64,000 bases of DNA. It comes from Hormiphora californensis. Taxonomy: Eukaryota > Animalia > Ctenophora. Numbering within the stretch: position 1 is the first letter of the stretch; each line of letters starts with the position of its first letter. Below are positions 37,347-48,875 of this stretch, in pieces. The notes beneath the pieces are model-generated. The model saw nothing but the letters and a program-made list of their open reading frames with translations. It was not told the origin of the DNA and ran no database searches. The DNA lies in contig CM035362.1 in NCBI GenBank assembly GCA_020137815.1, positions 2,542,001 through 2,606,000 of the forward strand, given 5' to 3'. A program made the position numbers and the translations under genes.

Positions 37347-37507
37347 CAGTCGGACCCCGATTTAACGGAACCCCGATTTAACGGCAGGATAATCTTCCCC
37401 CCATATAGGAAAGTAACAGTACATATTTGACCCTGATTTAGCGGATACCCCGATTTAACGGACAAAACCCTTTCCCCCGAGGGTGCCGTTAAATCGGGGT
37501 CCGACTG
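37347..37507. mobile_element. Tc1/mariner (pogo-like) MITE; related copies at 58928-59012, ~13005-13070, ~32032-32075, ~36590-36665, ~59620-59690
   Basis: TA|CAGTCGGACCCCGATTTA...TAAATCGGGGTCCGACTG|TA. Confidence 0.85.
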
Positions 37508-38037
37508 TACTACCATTGTAAGCGTATAATGAGACTTTGATACCAAATTAGAGACACACACAGCTGTGTTTGTTATCTCACTTTATATCAGGGAAACTAA
37601 ACCATCAAGTCAGAAGTTTGTAGTTCCAACTTCAATTGGAATTGGGGTTGGACGGCCGCCGCTGCATCTCATTTCTGCTAACTAAGGTACAACTGACGGA
37701 ACCTCCAAATCGTAGGGACGATCGAGGAACAAAAGGGTGATAATACCCACCGAAACTAGAGTACTGGACCCCATTTAACGGAACCCCGATCTAGGCAGTA
37801 TAATTTTCCCCCCCCATATAGGAAATGTAACAGTACATTTGACCCCTTATTTAGCGGATACCCCGATTTAACGACAAAACCCTTTCCCGAGGGTGCCGTT
37901 AATCGGGGTCCGACTGTACTACATTGTAAAGCGTATAAATGGAGACTTGATACCAAATTAGAGACAACAGCTGTGTTTGTTATCTCACTATTCAGGGACA
38001 ACTAAACCATCAAGTCGAATTTGGTAGTTCCACGTTC

Positions 38038-39571
38038 AATTGGAATGGGGTTGAGTCGCCGCTGCATCTATTTCTGCTAACTAGTGTTACAACTGTACGG
38101 AACCCTCCAGCTCCGATACCCTGTTTACAAGCCGTACAGCAGGGATCTCGGCCAGATTCATCTCGATTAGGCACATATTGCTTCACACTATTAGCAGATT
38201 GATCGTAGTCTTATACCATGAATCTCTGATAGAAACAAACATTGTATTCTAACAAGAGTCTAATCAACCTTCTCATGTGCTGGTCAGTAGGCTCCAGTAA
38301 CATGGTATTTAACACAGTTCTCCCCCAGACAGTGCGATTAAACAACTGTTATAAAGGGTGGGTTGGGGGTAACTGATCCTAAACTGGCCAACACATGGTA
38401 ATGAGAGCGGTGGGTAGCCGTCCGGGTGTGCACTAACACCGGTACAATATGAATTGGAATTGGGGTTGGACGGCCGCCGCTGCATCTCATTTCTGCTAAC
38501 TAGTGTTACAACTGTACGGAACCCTCCAGCTCCGATACCCTGTTTACAAGCCGTACAGCAGGGATCTCGGCCTGATTCATCTCGATTAGGCACATATTGC
38601 TTCACACTATTAGCAGATTGATCGTAGTCTTATACCATGAATCTCTGATAGAAACAAACATTGTATTCTAACAAGAGTCTAATCAACCTTCTCATGTGCT
38701 GGTCAGTAGGCTCCAGTAACATGGTATTTAACACAGTTCTCCCCCAGACAGTGCGATTAAACAACTGTTATAAAGGGTGGGTTACTGGAGCCTACTGACC
38801 AGCACATGAGAAGGTTGATTAGACTCTTGTTAGAATACAATGTTTGTTTCTATCAGAGATTCATGGTATAAGACTACGATCAATCTGCTAATAGTGTGAA
38901 GCAATATGTGCCTAATCGAGATGAATCTGGCCGAGATCCCTGCTGTACGGCTTGTAAACAGGGTATCGGAGCTGGAGGGTTCCGTACAGTTGTAACACTA
39001 GTTAGCAGAAATGAGATGCAGCGGCGGCCGTCCAACCCCAATTCCAATTCATATTGTACCGGTGTTAGTGCACACCCGGACGGCTACCCACCGCTCTCAT
39101 TACCATGTGTTGGCCAGTTTAGGATCAGTTACCCCCAACCCACCCTTTATAACAGTTGTTTAATCGCACTGTCTGGGGGAGAACTGTGTTAAATACCATG
39201 TTACTGGAGCCTACTGACCAGCACATGAGAAGGTTAATTAGACTCTTGTTAGAATACAATGTTTGTTTCTATCAGAGATTCATGGTATAAGACTACGATC
39301 AATCTGCTAATAGTGTGAAGCAATATGTGCCTAATCGAGATGAATCTGGCCGAGATCCCTGCTGTACGGCTTGTAAACAGGGTATCGGAGCTGGAGGGTT
39401 CCGTACAGTTGTAACACTAGTTAGCAGAAATGAGATGCAGCGGCGGCCGTCCAACCCCAATTCCAATTCATATTGTACCGGTGTTAGTGCACACCCGGAC
39501 GGCTACCCACCGCTCTCATTACCATGTGTTGGCCAGTTTAGGATCAGTTACCCCCAACCCACCCTTTATAA
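38038..39571. mobile_element. Insertion of tandem and inverted copies of a structured 419-bp unit (retrozyme/Penelope-like)
   Basis: ~1.8 units in - orientation (38038-38781), then ~1.9 units in + orientation (38782-39571); period 419 (ORF copies at 38896 and 39315); flanking TAGTTCCAACTTC at 37621-37633 (noisy copy at ~38025) and 39572-39584. Confidence 0.6.
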
Positions 39572-39808
39572 TAGTTCCAACTTCGAAATCGGTTCAACTT
39601 TCATGGACACGATTTTTTGTTGGATATTTTACCGATAGTATTTCACTTTTGAAAATTTTGAGTAAACCAAAAGTAAGATTAGTTTTGTTTCCAAATTCTC
39701 GATGTGGTCTCGTGGTATACCGGTGCCCGACTCAAAATTAACTTCATGTTATTGGGAGTGAGAACAATATAACATTAAAAGCGCTGTGGTAATCTTCGAA
39801 TTAACTGG

Positions 39809-39878
39809 GGTTGGGATTGTTCGAGACAGCATCGGTCCTTCTACTAGAAAGACCGATGCTGTCTCGAAAGATCCCAAC
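39809..39878. repeat. Near-perfect ~70-nt hairpin
   Basis: GTTGGGATTGTTCGAGACAGCATCGGTC-loop-GACCGATGCTGTCTCGAAAGATCCCAAC. Confidence 0.8.
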
Positions 39879-41488
39879 TTGTCTACTTGCAGAGAACCTA
39901 GAGATTTCTAGAATGATATAAGGTGGAGCTGCAATTTATGCTTTTTCTAGAAGCTGAAGCTGTAGTGCTAACTACTCCCCATCTTAGGGCATGATACTGT
40001 TGTGCGGGGGACAATTGATTGATTGGTGGCCATATATGTTTCCCTTTTAAAAACTCCCACTGAAATCTCTTATTGGACGGTACTATTAGGTCTCGTTTTA
40101 TCTTTCGGGTGTCCTAACATGGCTAGTTTAATTCTCCTACGACATTTTTAGAACTGCCAATGAATCGATAAGGGCTCGATAAGTGTTGAGTTTTCCAAAT
40201 ACGGTTCCTTCTCCTTCAATATTGCCACACCCGCGACGCCGGCTAGCGGGTCCTGATAACTGCTCTATATTTATTTCACCGCCATATATGGGCATGACAG
40301 GTGAGCCTTCTATTGCGTTAAAGCTGCCGCCTCACTGCGTAGGAGCTCACTTCTTGTAGCGCTCATTTTGTAGTAGTCGAGCCTTGAGATCTAGGGTAAA
40401 AGTTGAATTTATTTTTATGTTTTGATTTTTGACCTAAAATCCAAGTTATATAGTTTGAAAATAATAAGTCTCCTGGGTTTCTCTCTTCATTTGGTTTAAT
40501 TGATTGGGGAAGTTGAAATCAAGGGGGTAGCTCGGAGTTGAATAATTGCTACGCGACTTCCTCAGATAGAATAATATAGTGTCGCATTATATCCCATGGG
40601 CAATGATTTTGTCCCATTTGTCACAGTTTTAATGATATTTTGTTATGTTTCCCCTGCTTTAGTCTCTTGTAAGCATGTTGAGTTATCACGTACTTGTAAG
40701 TTTTGTTAGTCCTCACATTGACATTTTGATAGTCAACTAACCGCCTGGATCGCTTTGTAGAAGCTGCTTGCGACGTAAAAGTTAAATTTCCCATTCGTGA
40801 CGTCAATAAGATATAAGATGAATTGTATTCAGATATTAACTGGGGAAGAGAGAGAGAGAGCTGGCAAATTGAAAAGATGACGTCACAACATTATATGCGG
40901 TTTAAAATGAGTTCTTTCCCAGCTGTTGAAATGGTAGTTCTTTCACAGTTCAAGAAAAAAAAATGCCTCATTTCTTGAGGTAATTTTTATAATGGTCCGG
41001 TCATCCAATAAAATGGTTTTACTTTTGTAGTTCACACGATTAATGCTCCCCTTTCACATGATGCTCCCTAACGCGTTCATTTCTTCCCATAATTCAGTTT
41101 GTTACGATCTAACCCTCCGGAGCGCACGCAAAGAGCGTCGAGCTAGGCAATAATTCAGCATAACATAATCTGTCTATATAATTCCAATCTAGTATGAATC
41201 TTGGCAGAGCTCTGTCCCCAATTTGCCACCTTTAATGCATGCTTACTTATATAGCGTGTTCAATGCAGTGCTATTACTCTTAGAAGACTTATAGTAATAA
41301 TATGCATATTGCATTTGAATATTGAACTAAATATTATCAGATTGCTTTTAGTTTCATGATTCTGCCGTTCCTTTCTTGTTTTGCTAAATAATAATACGAT
41401 CCTTTGACTTATATTTTATAGTTTCGACCAAATCTCTACACCAGTATTTAACCACCAACCTACTACTGTATAGCTAATTAGTACTAAT

Positions 41489-44400
41489 ATGGGCGGAGCA
41501 CACTCACGTCGGAGTAGAGCGAAGGGTAAGATGGTGAAATGTCAGAGCTTTGAGGAGTTTATAAGGAAGGGAAAACCAGGAGAGGGAAACCCCAGCTACA
41601 ATATTCAACTTGATAATGATCAGGTACGTGTGATGTGTGTTTACAGGGGATCACTGATATCCCGGATCAGGCACTTAGTTCAGGAGGGGGTCTATTATAA
41701 CAGCTGGGGTATCTTATTTTGTATAATTGTGGTTGTCTCCCTACTCAGGGGCGTATCACAGGAGCGACTAGATCATGTGTAGTTGAAACTGCAAATCGGA
41801 GAAAGTTAAAACCTACTCTAGAATCTAGAGTCTAGATGTAGATACTATAGAGGGCGCCAAAACCCGATAGTGCTCGATCAATGATTGAGAGCTGGTTCAA
41901 ACAAAGGGAAACAAGAAATTTTGCCACAAAATTTCTTGTTTCCCTTTGTGTCTAGATGTAGATATTAAATTTTCTTAATTTAGTTCTAAGATTCGTAGTT
42001 TAAACCACATGTTTTAATTTGATATGTAAGGTGGTTGTCCTTCCTAAATTATACTGCAGACAACTAGCTAGTTATGTGATGTAACTGTCACCTTATCTAA
42101 CTACCCTCTCTTTCCTTCCCTCTATCTTTCTCCCCTCTCACTCGATCTCTCTATCTATCTCTTTCTCTCTTCAACTTTCATATTTTTTGAACTCTTTAAC
42201 CTTTTATATTTTACTTCCCCAGTCTCCCTCTCTCAATCTTATACGCCTGACATGACTATTGCATCACGCCTCGACTGATAATCGGGCGATTTAAAAGAAA
42301 TTAGGAGAAAAAAGGGGGGAATAAAACGTCTTGCCTAACCGTCTTGTTCTTGGAATCGAGTTACCGATTTTAAAACTACAATTTAGGGATAAATCGCTTC
42401 AATATTAGTTGGGAGACTGGCTATATTGAGCAATGTACAGGGTGTTCATTTTGGATCTTTACAAGCGTTGGGCTTCACCCAGAAAAAAGTTGACAAGATT
42501 AGGTCATGAAACTTCATACTTGGACTATTCTATACCCTCATTCAAGGTTCCTGGGGGTTTTGGAACTCTAGCACCCCGGGAAGTGTGTTTTTGGCATCAA
42601 AACTACCAGAAGGAATTTTTTGCTGGTGCTGAGACTTTGCTAAAATGTTTTTTGGGTATTTTCTATGTCAATCCTAGAGTTTCATGGAGATTGGATGTGT
42701 TTTTCGGACTCAAAATTTCGTAAAAAGTGGCCGAAAAGACTCAATTTTTGCCGTTTTTTGAGCCGTTTTCGAGCTTTTCCAGCCACTTTTATCGAAATTT
42801 TGAGTCCGAAAAACACATTCAATCTCCATGAAACTCTAGGATTGACATAGAAAATACCCAAAAAACATTTTAGCAAAGTCTCAGCTCCAGCAAAAAATTC
42901 CTTCTGGTAGTTTTAATGCCAAAAACACACTTCCCGGGGTGCTAGAGTTCCAAAACCCCCAGGAACCTTGAATGAGGGTATAGAATAGTCCAAGTATGAA
43001 GTTTCATGACCTAATCTTGTCAACTTTTTTCTGGGTGGAGCACAACGCTTGTAAAGATCCAAAATGAACACCGTGTAGCAAATTATTAAACTCACATTTC
43101 TTTCCAGGTTCGTGTTTCATTCAAATTCAACTTGATCGGTGATGTCCGGTCACTTGGGGAACAGGGCAAATCCAACTCTGATGGTACAATTGATGAGTGT
43201 ACATCTCAGCAACGAAGTACGTGTAAAATACTGGACTTCTCTAGACATGTGTACCGAAATGTTCTAAAAGCTTAGTTTTTCTACTTTATCTCTCCTGGCC
43301 CTCTCTCTTTAGAGCGACTAAATTCTCAACTTAGTTCACCCTCTAACATATCTTTCCCCCTCTAGAGCGACTAAACTCATTGAGGAATTGCCGGAGTAGT
43401 TCCTATCTGCAGAGATCTTGTTCACGGGAGACAACCGATGGGGGACAATCCAGTTTCCGATATAGCGCTGAATCTCTTACTGGTAATTATAAAGTTTGTT
43501 CCTTGTTCCCTCGCCACTGATAGGGTAAACCGGGGCAATTCGAACAACTGGGGCAATTCGAACATAGTACTGCCCGTCTCTCACCTAGTTAAGCTATCAT
43601 AATGACGTCATCCTATCTCCAGAAGAAAACTGCTCGTTCGAGCCTGCCCGTTACCACTAAATAGGCTCTAGATCCGGTTTAAGTTGGTCAATTTACGATT
43701 TGAAAAAACCAGCTGAAAGCTAATAATATCAGCTTTCAGATGGTATAAAAATTATTTAAATATTCGCATGTTTTCATTCCAAATTCTGGTAAATTAAGAT
43801 TACCGGGGCAATTCGAACAACCGGGGCAATTCGAACATGGGCAATTTGGTTAACACACCGGGGCAATTTGGTTAACTCCCGGGCCAATGATGTGCAGTTC
43901 TTTGCACCACGTGATCACGCGTGATACCGGGGCAATTCGAACAAGAACGACCAGCGTGTAGATTGCGTGTAGATTACATTGTTCGAATTGCCCCCACCTC
44001 TAACAACACCAGGCGGGAATCTTCTTCTGGTGTTGTGAGGACGTTCACGTGACTCCCACGTGACGAAATAAAGCACTCCTATTGGTGTTGTCCGAATTGC
44101 CCCGGTACCATTTTTTCCGACCAAAATTTTTAAATTAGGTATTTAGTTAAGTAAATGATGGTCCCTAGAGTTGAAATTTATCTTATTTGAAAGATAAAAT
44201 AATGAACTTTAATCCTATATAATTTTTTTCATTGTATCTTTTTTTAAATGGGAGTGAGAACCGATTAAGTAAAAAGTTAACCATTTTGCCCCGGTTTACC
44301 CTACTGAATTAATTAAATTGTTCAGACTGCCCCCCCCCCCTGGAGTGATAAATCGCCATAATAAATAGTAAAACTAACCCACTCCTACCTCTCTCCAGAT

Positions 44401-44790
44401 GTTACCTCTATGTTCACAATGGAGTCAAGTAGTGATAACTGCAGTCTGGGGGACTCTCAACTCCTCTCTCAGCCCTCAGTTCACCGGGCCGTCAACACTG
44501 TCATCAGTAGCAAACATAGCTTGGGATCCAGTAGAACTCTCAGCAGCTTCAAAACTCAGAGCACCTGCAGTGGGTAAGTGTTGAATTGTGTTGAATCGTC
44601 ATCATGTGTCAAGCTGTAATCGCGGGATAGAATATTCCAAGCATTTATTATCGCTATTTCAACCAACGGCTATTTTTTTATCAACAGCTGAGCTGCTTAT
44701 ATTCTCTCTGCCATTCTCTCTTTTTCTCTACCCCTCACTCTCTCTCACCCCATCTCTCTCTCTCTCCCTCTCTCTCTCTCTCTCTCCCCC

Positions 44791-44824
<34 letters not shown>

Positions 44825-44825
44825 T

Positions 44826-44856
<31 letters not shown>

Positions 44857-44857
44857 C

Positions 44858-44937
<80 letters not shown>

Positions 44938-46836
44938 TGTCCTAGGGTTATCACCACTGCTGATATACTGCTCAATATCACTCTGGTGTCAGCTGTTCTG
45001 CGTGTTTGAGAGAGAGAGGTGATCTACTACATATATAAAACTAGTTTCAAATGGGTCTCATGAATGGGTCCGTCTCCGAGGAGCTGAAGAAAAGGCAGTA
45101 TAACTATCACCGAAGCCGGGTTATCGACTACTACTTGGCATCGCTACATAGGAAGAAGATGATCACTAGTTCTAATAGTACCATGAGAGGTCTGAGGGTT
45201 GGTGGAAGTGGTGGTGGAGGGAAGCTGATGCCGAGACGAGTCCCTGTGCTAAAGCTGCATAGCTGGTAATGTTACCTTATTTGGTGTTGACTGTTGACCA
45301 TATATATGGAAAGTTTCATGTTGGCATCATTGTTTTACCTGTATAATATAGCTGATTATTTGTCTAACTCCCTCTCTATTTCTTCCAGGTCATCTTGTGC
45401 AACTGCCCATGGTGAAAGTCTACTATTAGATCTGGAAATATCCAGACTAGCAAGACACGCTGGGAATCAATACATGACCAAACAGGTGTCTATAACATTA
45501 GATTAGAGCAACACAGTGTCTATTACTTCCACCTTCTTTAACATTTGATTTTAAATCATACCTCCCGGCATACCCTCTTCTTTAGTCACATGTCACTACC
45601 CGCTATAGTTGTACATGTTTACCTTAATACTCACATGTCACTACCCGCTATATACCTATCTCTCCTGCTGCAGGTACAAGCATTAGCAGGACTCGCTACC
45701 CAGAGTATGGTGGATTTTCGGAAGAACAAGAGGACCATGCCCAGCCATTCCAGCGAGGTGAGGATTAGAAGTTTTTGGATCATAATTCGGATCATAATTT
45801 TGATCATAATTCGGATCGTATTTTAAATCATAATTTGTTTTTGACAGCTTTGTATCGATTTTAATGGATACAGAAACTAATTATTGCCTTACCTCTTGAT
45901 ATTCCTGTCATGTAACACCTGACTCCTCCCAGGACTCGGGGTTTCTAGACGAGACTGAGACTGTATCACACATTTCATCCTGCTCCAACCTATCCTCCCT
46001 GGATCACGGTACCCCGGCTGGGAACAGGTCCCGGGGGTGGTGGAAGAGCATGAGCAAAACGGATAGCTCCAGTAGTCTGGGAAGTAGATTGAGCACCTCC
46101 CAAAATCATCTTGATGTTAAAAAGGTAACATATTAAGACAGACTTGTCAGGCACTGACTGTACATTGCGCACCCCGCGATAAGGACGGTCTTTTATGAGA
46201 CAGACAGACAGACAGACAGACAAATAGGAAATACATATTCACTAAGCCACGTGGATCTTCCACTATATACTACTCTGAGTAGACGTGTCATGGAATTATA
46301 GTAGACGAGTAGACGAAGAAGTGCTCCCTGTTGTTAGTTTTTTTAAAGTTAAATAAAAATAGAAATTAGAAATTCTAAGCATCTTCCTTTTTTCAGAACT
46401 GTGATTATTTTAAGAGCGAGTTAACTGGAAAAGTACTCTCATTTCGGAGCTCGGCCAATCGAAGGAGTATCAGACACCTACCCGAAGCGAAACAAACAGT
46501 TATACTCATGGGCGCACTAGAAAACTTTCTCTTCTGTAAATTCAGGTGAGAGAGACATGTCCCCTTTCCCTCCTCCCCATGTCTCCTTTCCCTCCTTCCA
46601 CCCCACCCCTCTTCCCGGACACGACACATGGTGATGAATATATTCAGGGTTATCTCTCTCTCCTCCTGCAGCAAAGCTGTCTCATTTCTCCTCCTATTTA
46701 ACTAAGAAATCGAGCTCCAGTAGTTTCAATGTCAAAATGTGATGCAACAACTCTCCCTAGCTTTCTCTATCTCTTTCTCTCTCTTTTTTTCTATCTCTCT
46801 CTTTCTATCTCTCTCCCATTTATCTCTCTATCTATA

Positions 46837-46896
<60 letters not shown>

Positions 46897-48875
46897 TCTC
46901 TCTCTCCCAAAAAGTGCATTAATAAACTTCTCCTACCTCTCTCTCCCTGTCACTTGCACCACATTAATATTTCTCCATTATACCCACTAACTCTTTTCTT
47001 CTTCTTCTTCTTCTTCGTATACACCGGAGTTGATTGAGCATAATGATTTATCAGCACTACAGATATTTGGATCAGTAGTGAATACTGTCAGTATAATATG
47101 CAATCATATATTTCGCAGCTGTCCAGACTGTCTGAACTCTGATCAAATCCCCCAAAAGTATGATTATATCAGATCTATCGATCAAACTGAATAATATATT
47201 GCTCAACTCTGTCTTCTTTTAACCCTCTAACAAAGTTACTATTAAATTGCTGCTTAGACACCCAAGTCTGGAGAGTTTCCTGGAAAGCCAAGCCTCACAA
47301 AATACCCGGAATCCCTCTAACCACCAAGCATCCCCTAACCACCCAAAGACTCCTTTCACATCCAAACCCTTCTAACCCTCCTCTCTTCCAAATCCTTCTA
47401 ACCCTCCTCTCTCCCAAACCATTCTAACCCTCCTCTCTCTCCCCCAGGGTATCCGGTATGGGTGAAGGAATGGTGAACAAATGGCTCCGTGACACAGACA
47501 CCTGTCTCCTGCAACAGGGATGGCAGGAGTGTCCCTTTGTCTCGGAACAAGCTCTCATCTTCATGTACCTCCTTGCCAGTGATAACAGCCCTGGATCTGA
47601 GGTAAAGACATGTTAGAGGAAATTGTGTTAGGAAATGTGTTGTAACATGTTAGAAAATCATGTGTTAGAAATTGGGTTGTAACATATGACGTGTTGTAAC
47701 ATGATTTGTCATTCGCTCGAATTCGGATAGTTTAAAATGTTTAACATGTTTAGAACTACTATTCAATAGAAATTCTTCAATGAAGAGCAGCTTCTAAAAT
47801 GATTATCTATAGATAAGATGTGTTATAACACCTTGTCTTTCCATACAGGTTTTGCACATTAGAGATTTAAAGAAGTTGATTCTCACTTGGGTGTTTATTG
47901 CGTACAGCTATATCGGGATGGAGATCACATACCCCATCTCCAACTTCCTTAACGGTAAGAGAGAGAAAAGGAAATATATTGACAATTCCATACTATTATA
48001 TATCGGGGTCCGATTGTAGTTGGATATACTAATGTATAGTAGTTTGCAGTAGACGTTACCGCGGAATTCATAAAAAATTTGCGAATCAAGGGATTTAAAT
48101 TTTCGTAGACATTACGCAAGGCTGCCCTGCAGTTTTTCCGTGTTTGGTTTAATGGTCGTCCAAGGTCCAACAACTAGTTTTAGCCTACCTCTATTCCTCT
48201 AAATCATCCGATCCGAAGCAGACATGTACCTCCAATAATACTCGATATAGATTCATTCCTGTCTCTTTATCTCGTTTCTACCCTTCTCTCTAAACGTTCT
48301 GTCTGATTCCGAATAATCGAATATAAAATCATTCAAGTCGGTCAGATTTCTTACTTATAAATTTTTGCACAGTAAAAATCCCATTTTAACTAAAGTTCTT
48401 CCTCTGATATAACCCAGTAACTACATATACCGACTTCCATACTTCCCCTGATCAAGGGAAGCTAACCGTCCTTGTTGGTATAACATGCCCATATATGGTA
48501 TTAAAAATACCATGTCTGCCACAGTCTGCTGACGTCAGAGGGTTCAGCTGCCATCTAGTGCCTTATCAGTTAAAAATAAATATTGTTCTCCCAGATAAGC
48601 AAAAAAAGTGTCAAAAAAGTGTCAAAAAAGTGTCATCTAAATTAAACTAAATAACACATTCTACGGATTAAATAAAGATTAAGTACACTTTAATTCTATC
48701 CGACCAATATATCTTAACACCCCCTTCCTTCTCTCCAGGTGAAAGTGTGGATAGTTTTATAAGAAGATGTCTCTTTGTCTCCCTGCATAACAGCAGCTTA
48801 ATGCTCCTGCTAAGCCAGAACCGGAGCTATGAAGCAAGCATCTACGAGGGTTTACTGAGTTACGCACAATTTTAG
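41489..48875 (+). CDS. CDK5R1: CDK5 regulatory subunit (p35/p39-like) with a long N-terminal extension; ~12 exons; the p25-like domain lies in exons ~46397-46545, ~47448-47601, 47849-47954, 48739-48875
   Basis: KWLRDTDTCLLQQGWQE, LIFMYLL, FIAYSYIGMEITYPISNFL and FIRRCL...MLLL match p35 (WLRSVDRSLLLQGWQD; LSYSYMGNEISYPLKPFL). MGGAHS fits the N-myristoylation consensus. The join across 44574-45152 is inferred. Confidence 0.78.
42438..43075. mobile_element. Tc1/mariner-like foldback MITE
   Basis: TA|CAGGGTGTTCATTTTGGATC...GATCCAAAATGAACACCGTG|TA; near-perfect 638-bp palindrome. Confidence 0.85.
43521..44303. mobile_element. MITE with TAG...CTA termini (Academ-like)
   Basis: TAGGGTAAACCGGGGCAA...TTGCCCCGGTTTACCCTA; 4-bp TSD CTGA; internal CCGGGGCAATTCGAACA repeats. 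Confidence 0.75.

Noticed and set aside
37720-38040. Second copy of the 37340-37700 block
   Set aside because: It differs from the first copy by scattered single-base indels, consistent with an uncollapsed noisy read overlap rather than a real duplication.
38867-38900. Resemblance to the U3 snoRNA 5' end, and hammerhead/pistol/hairpin ribozyme fragments elsewhere in the unit
   Set aside because: Only short partial motif matches; the required boxes or helices could not be completed by eye.
38896-39192. 98-aa ORF MKQYVPNRDESG... in three copies
   Set aside because: It starts at GTG, has no recognisable domain and simply follows the 419-bp repeat; RNA structure explains the unit better.
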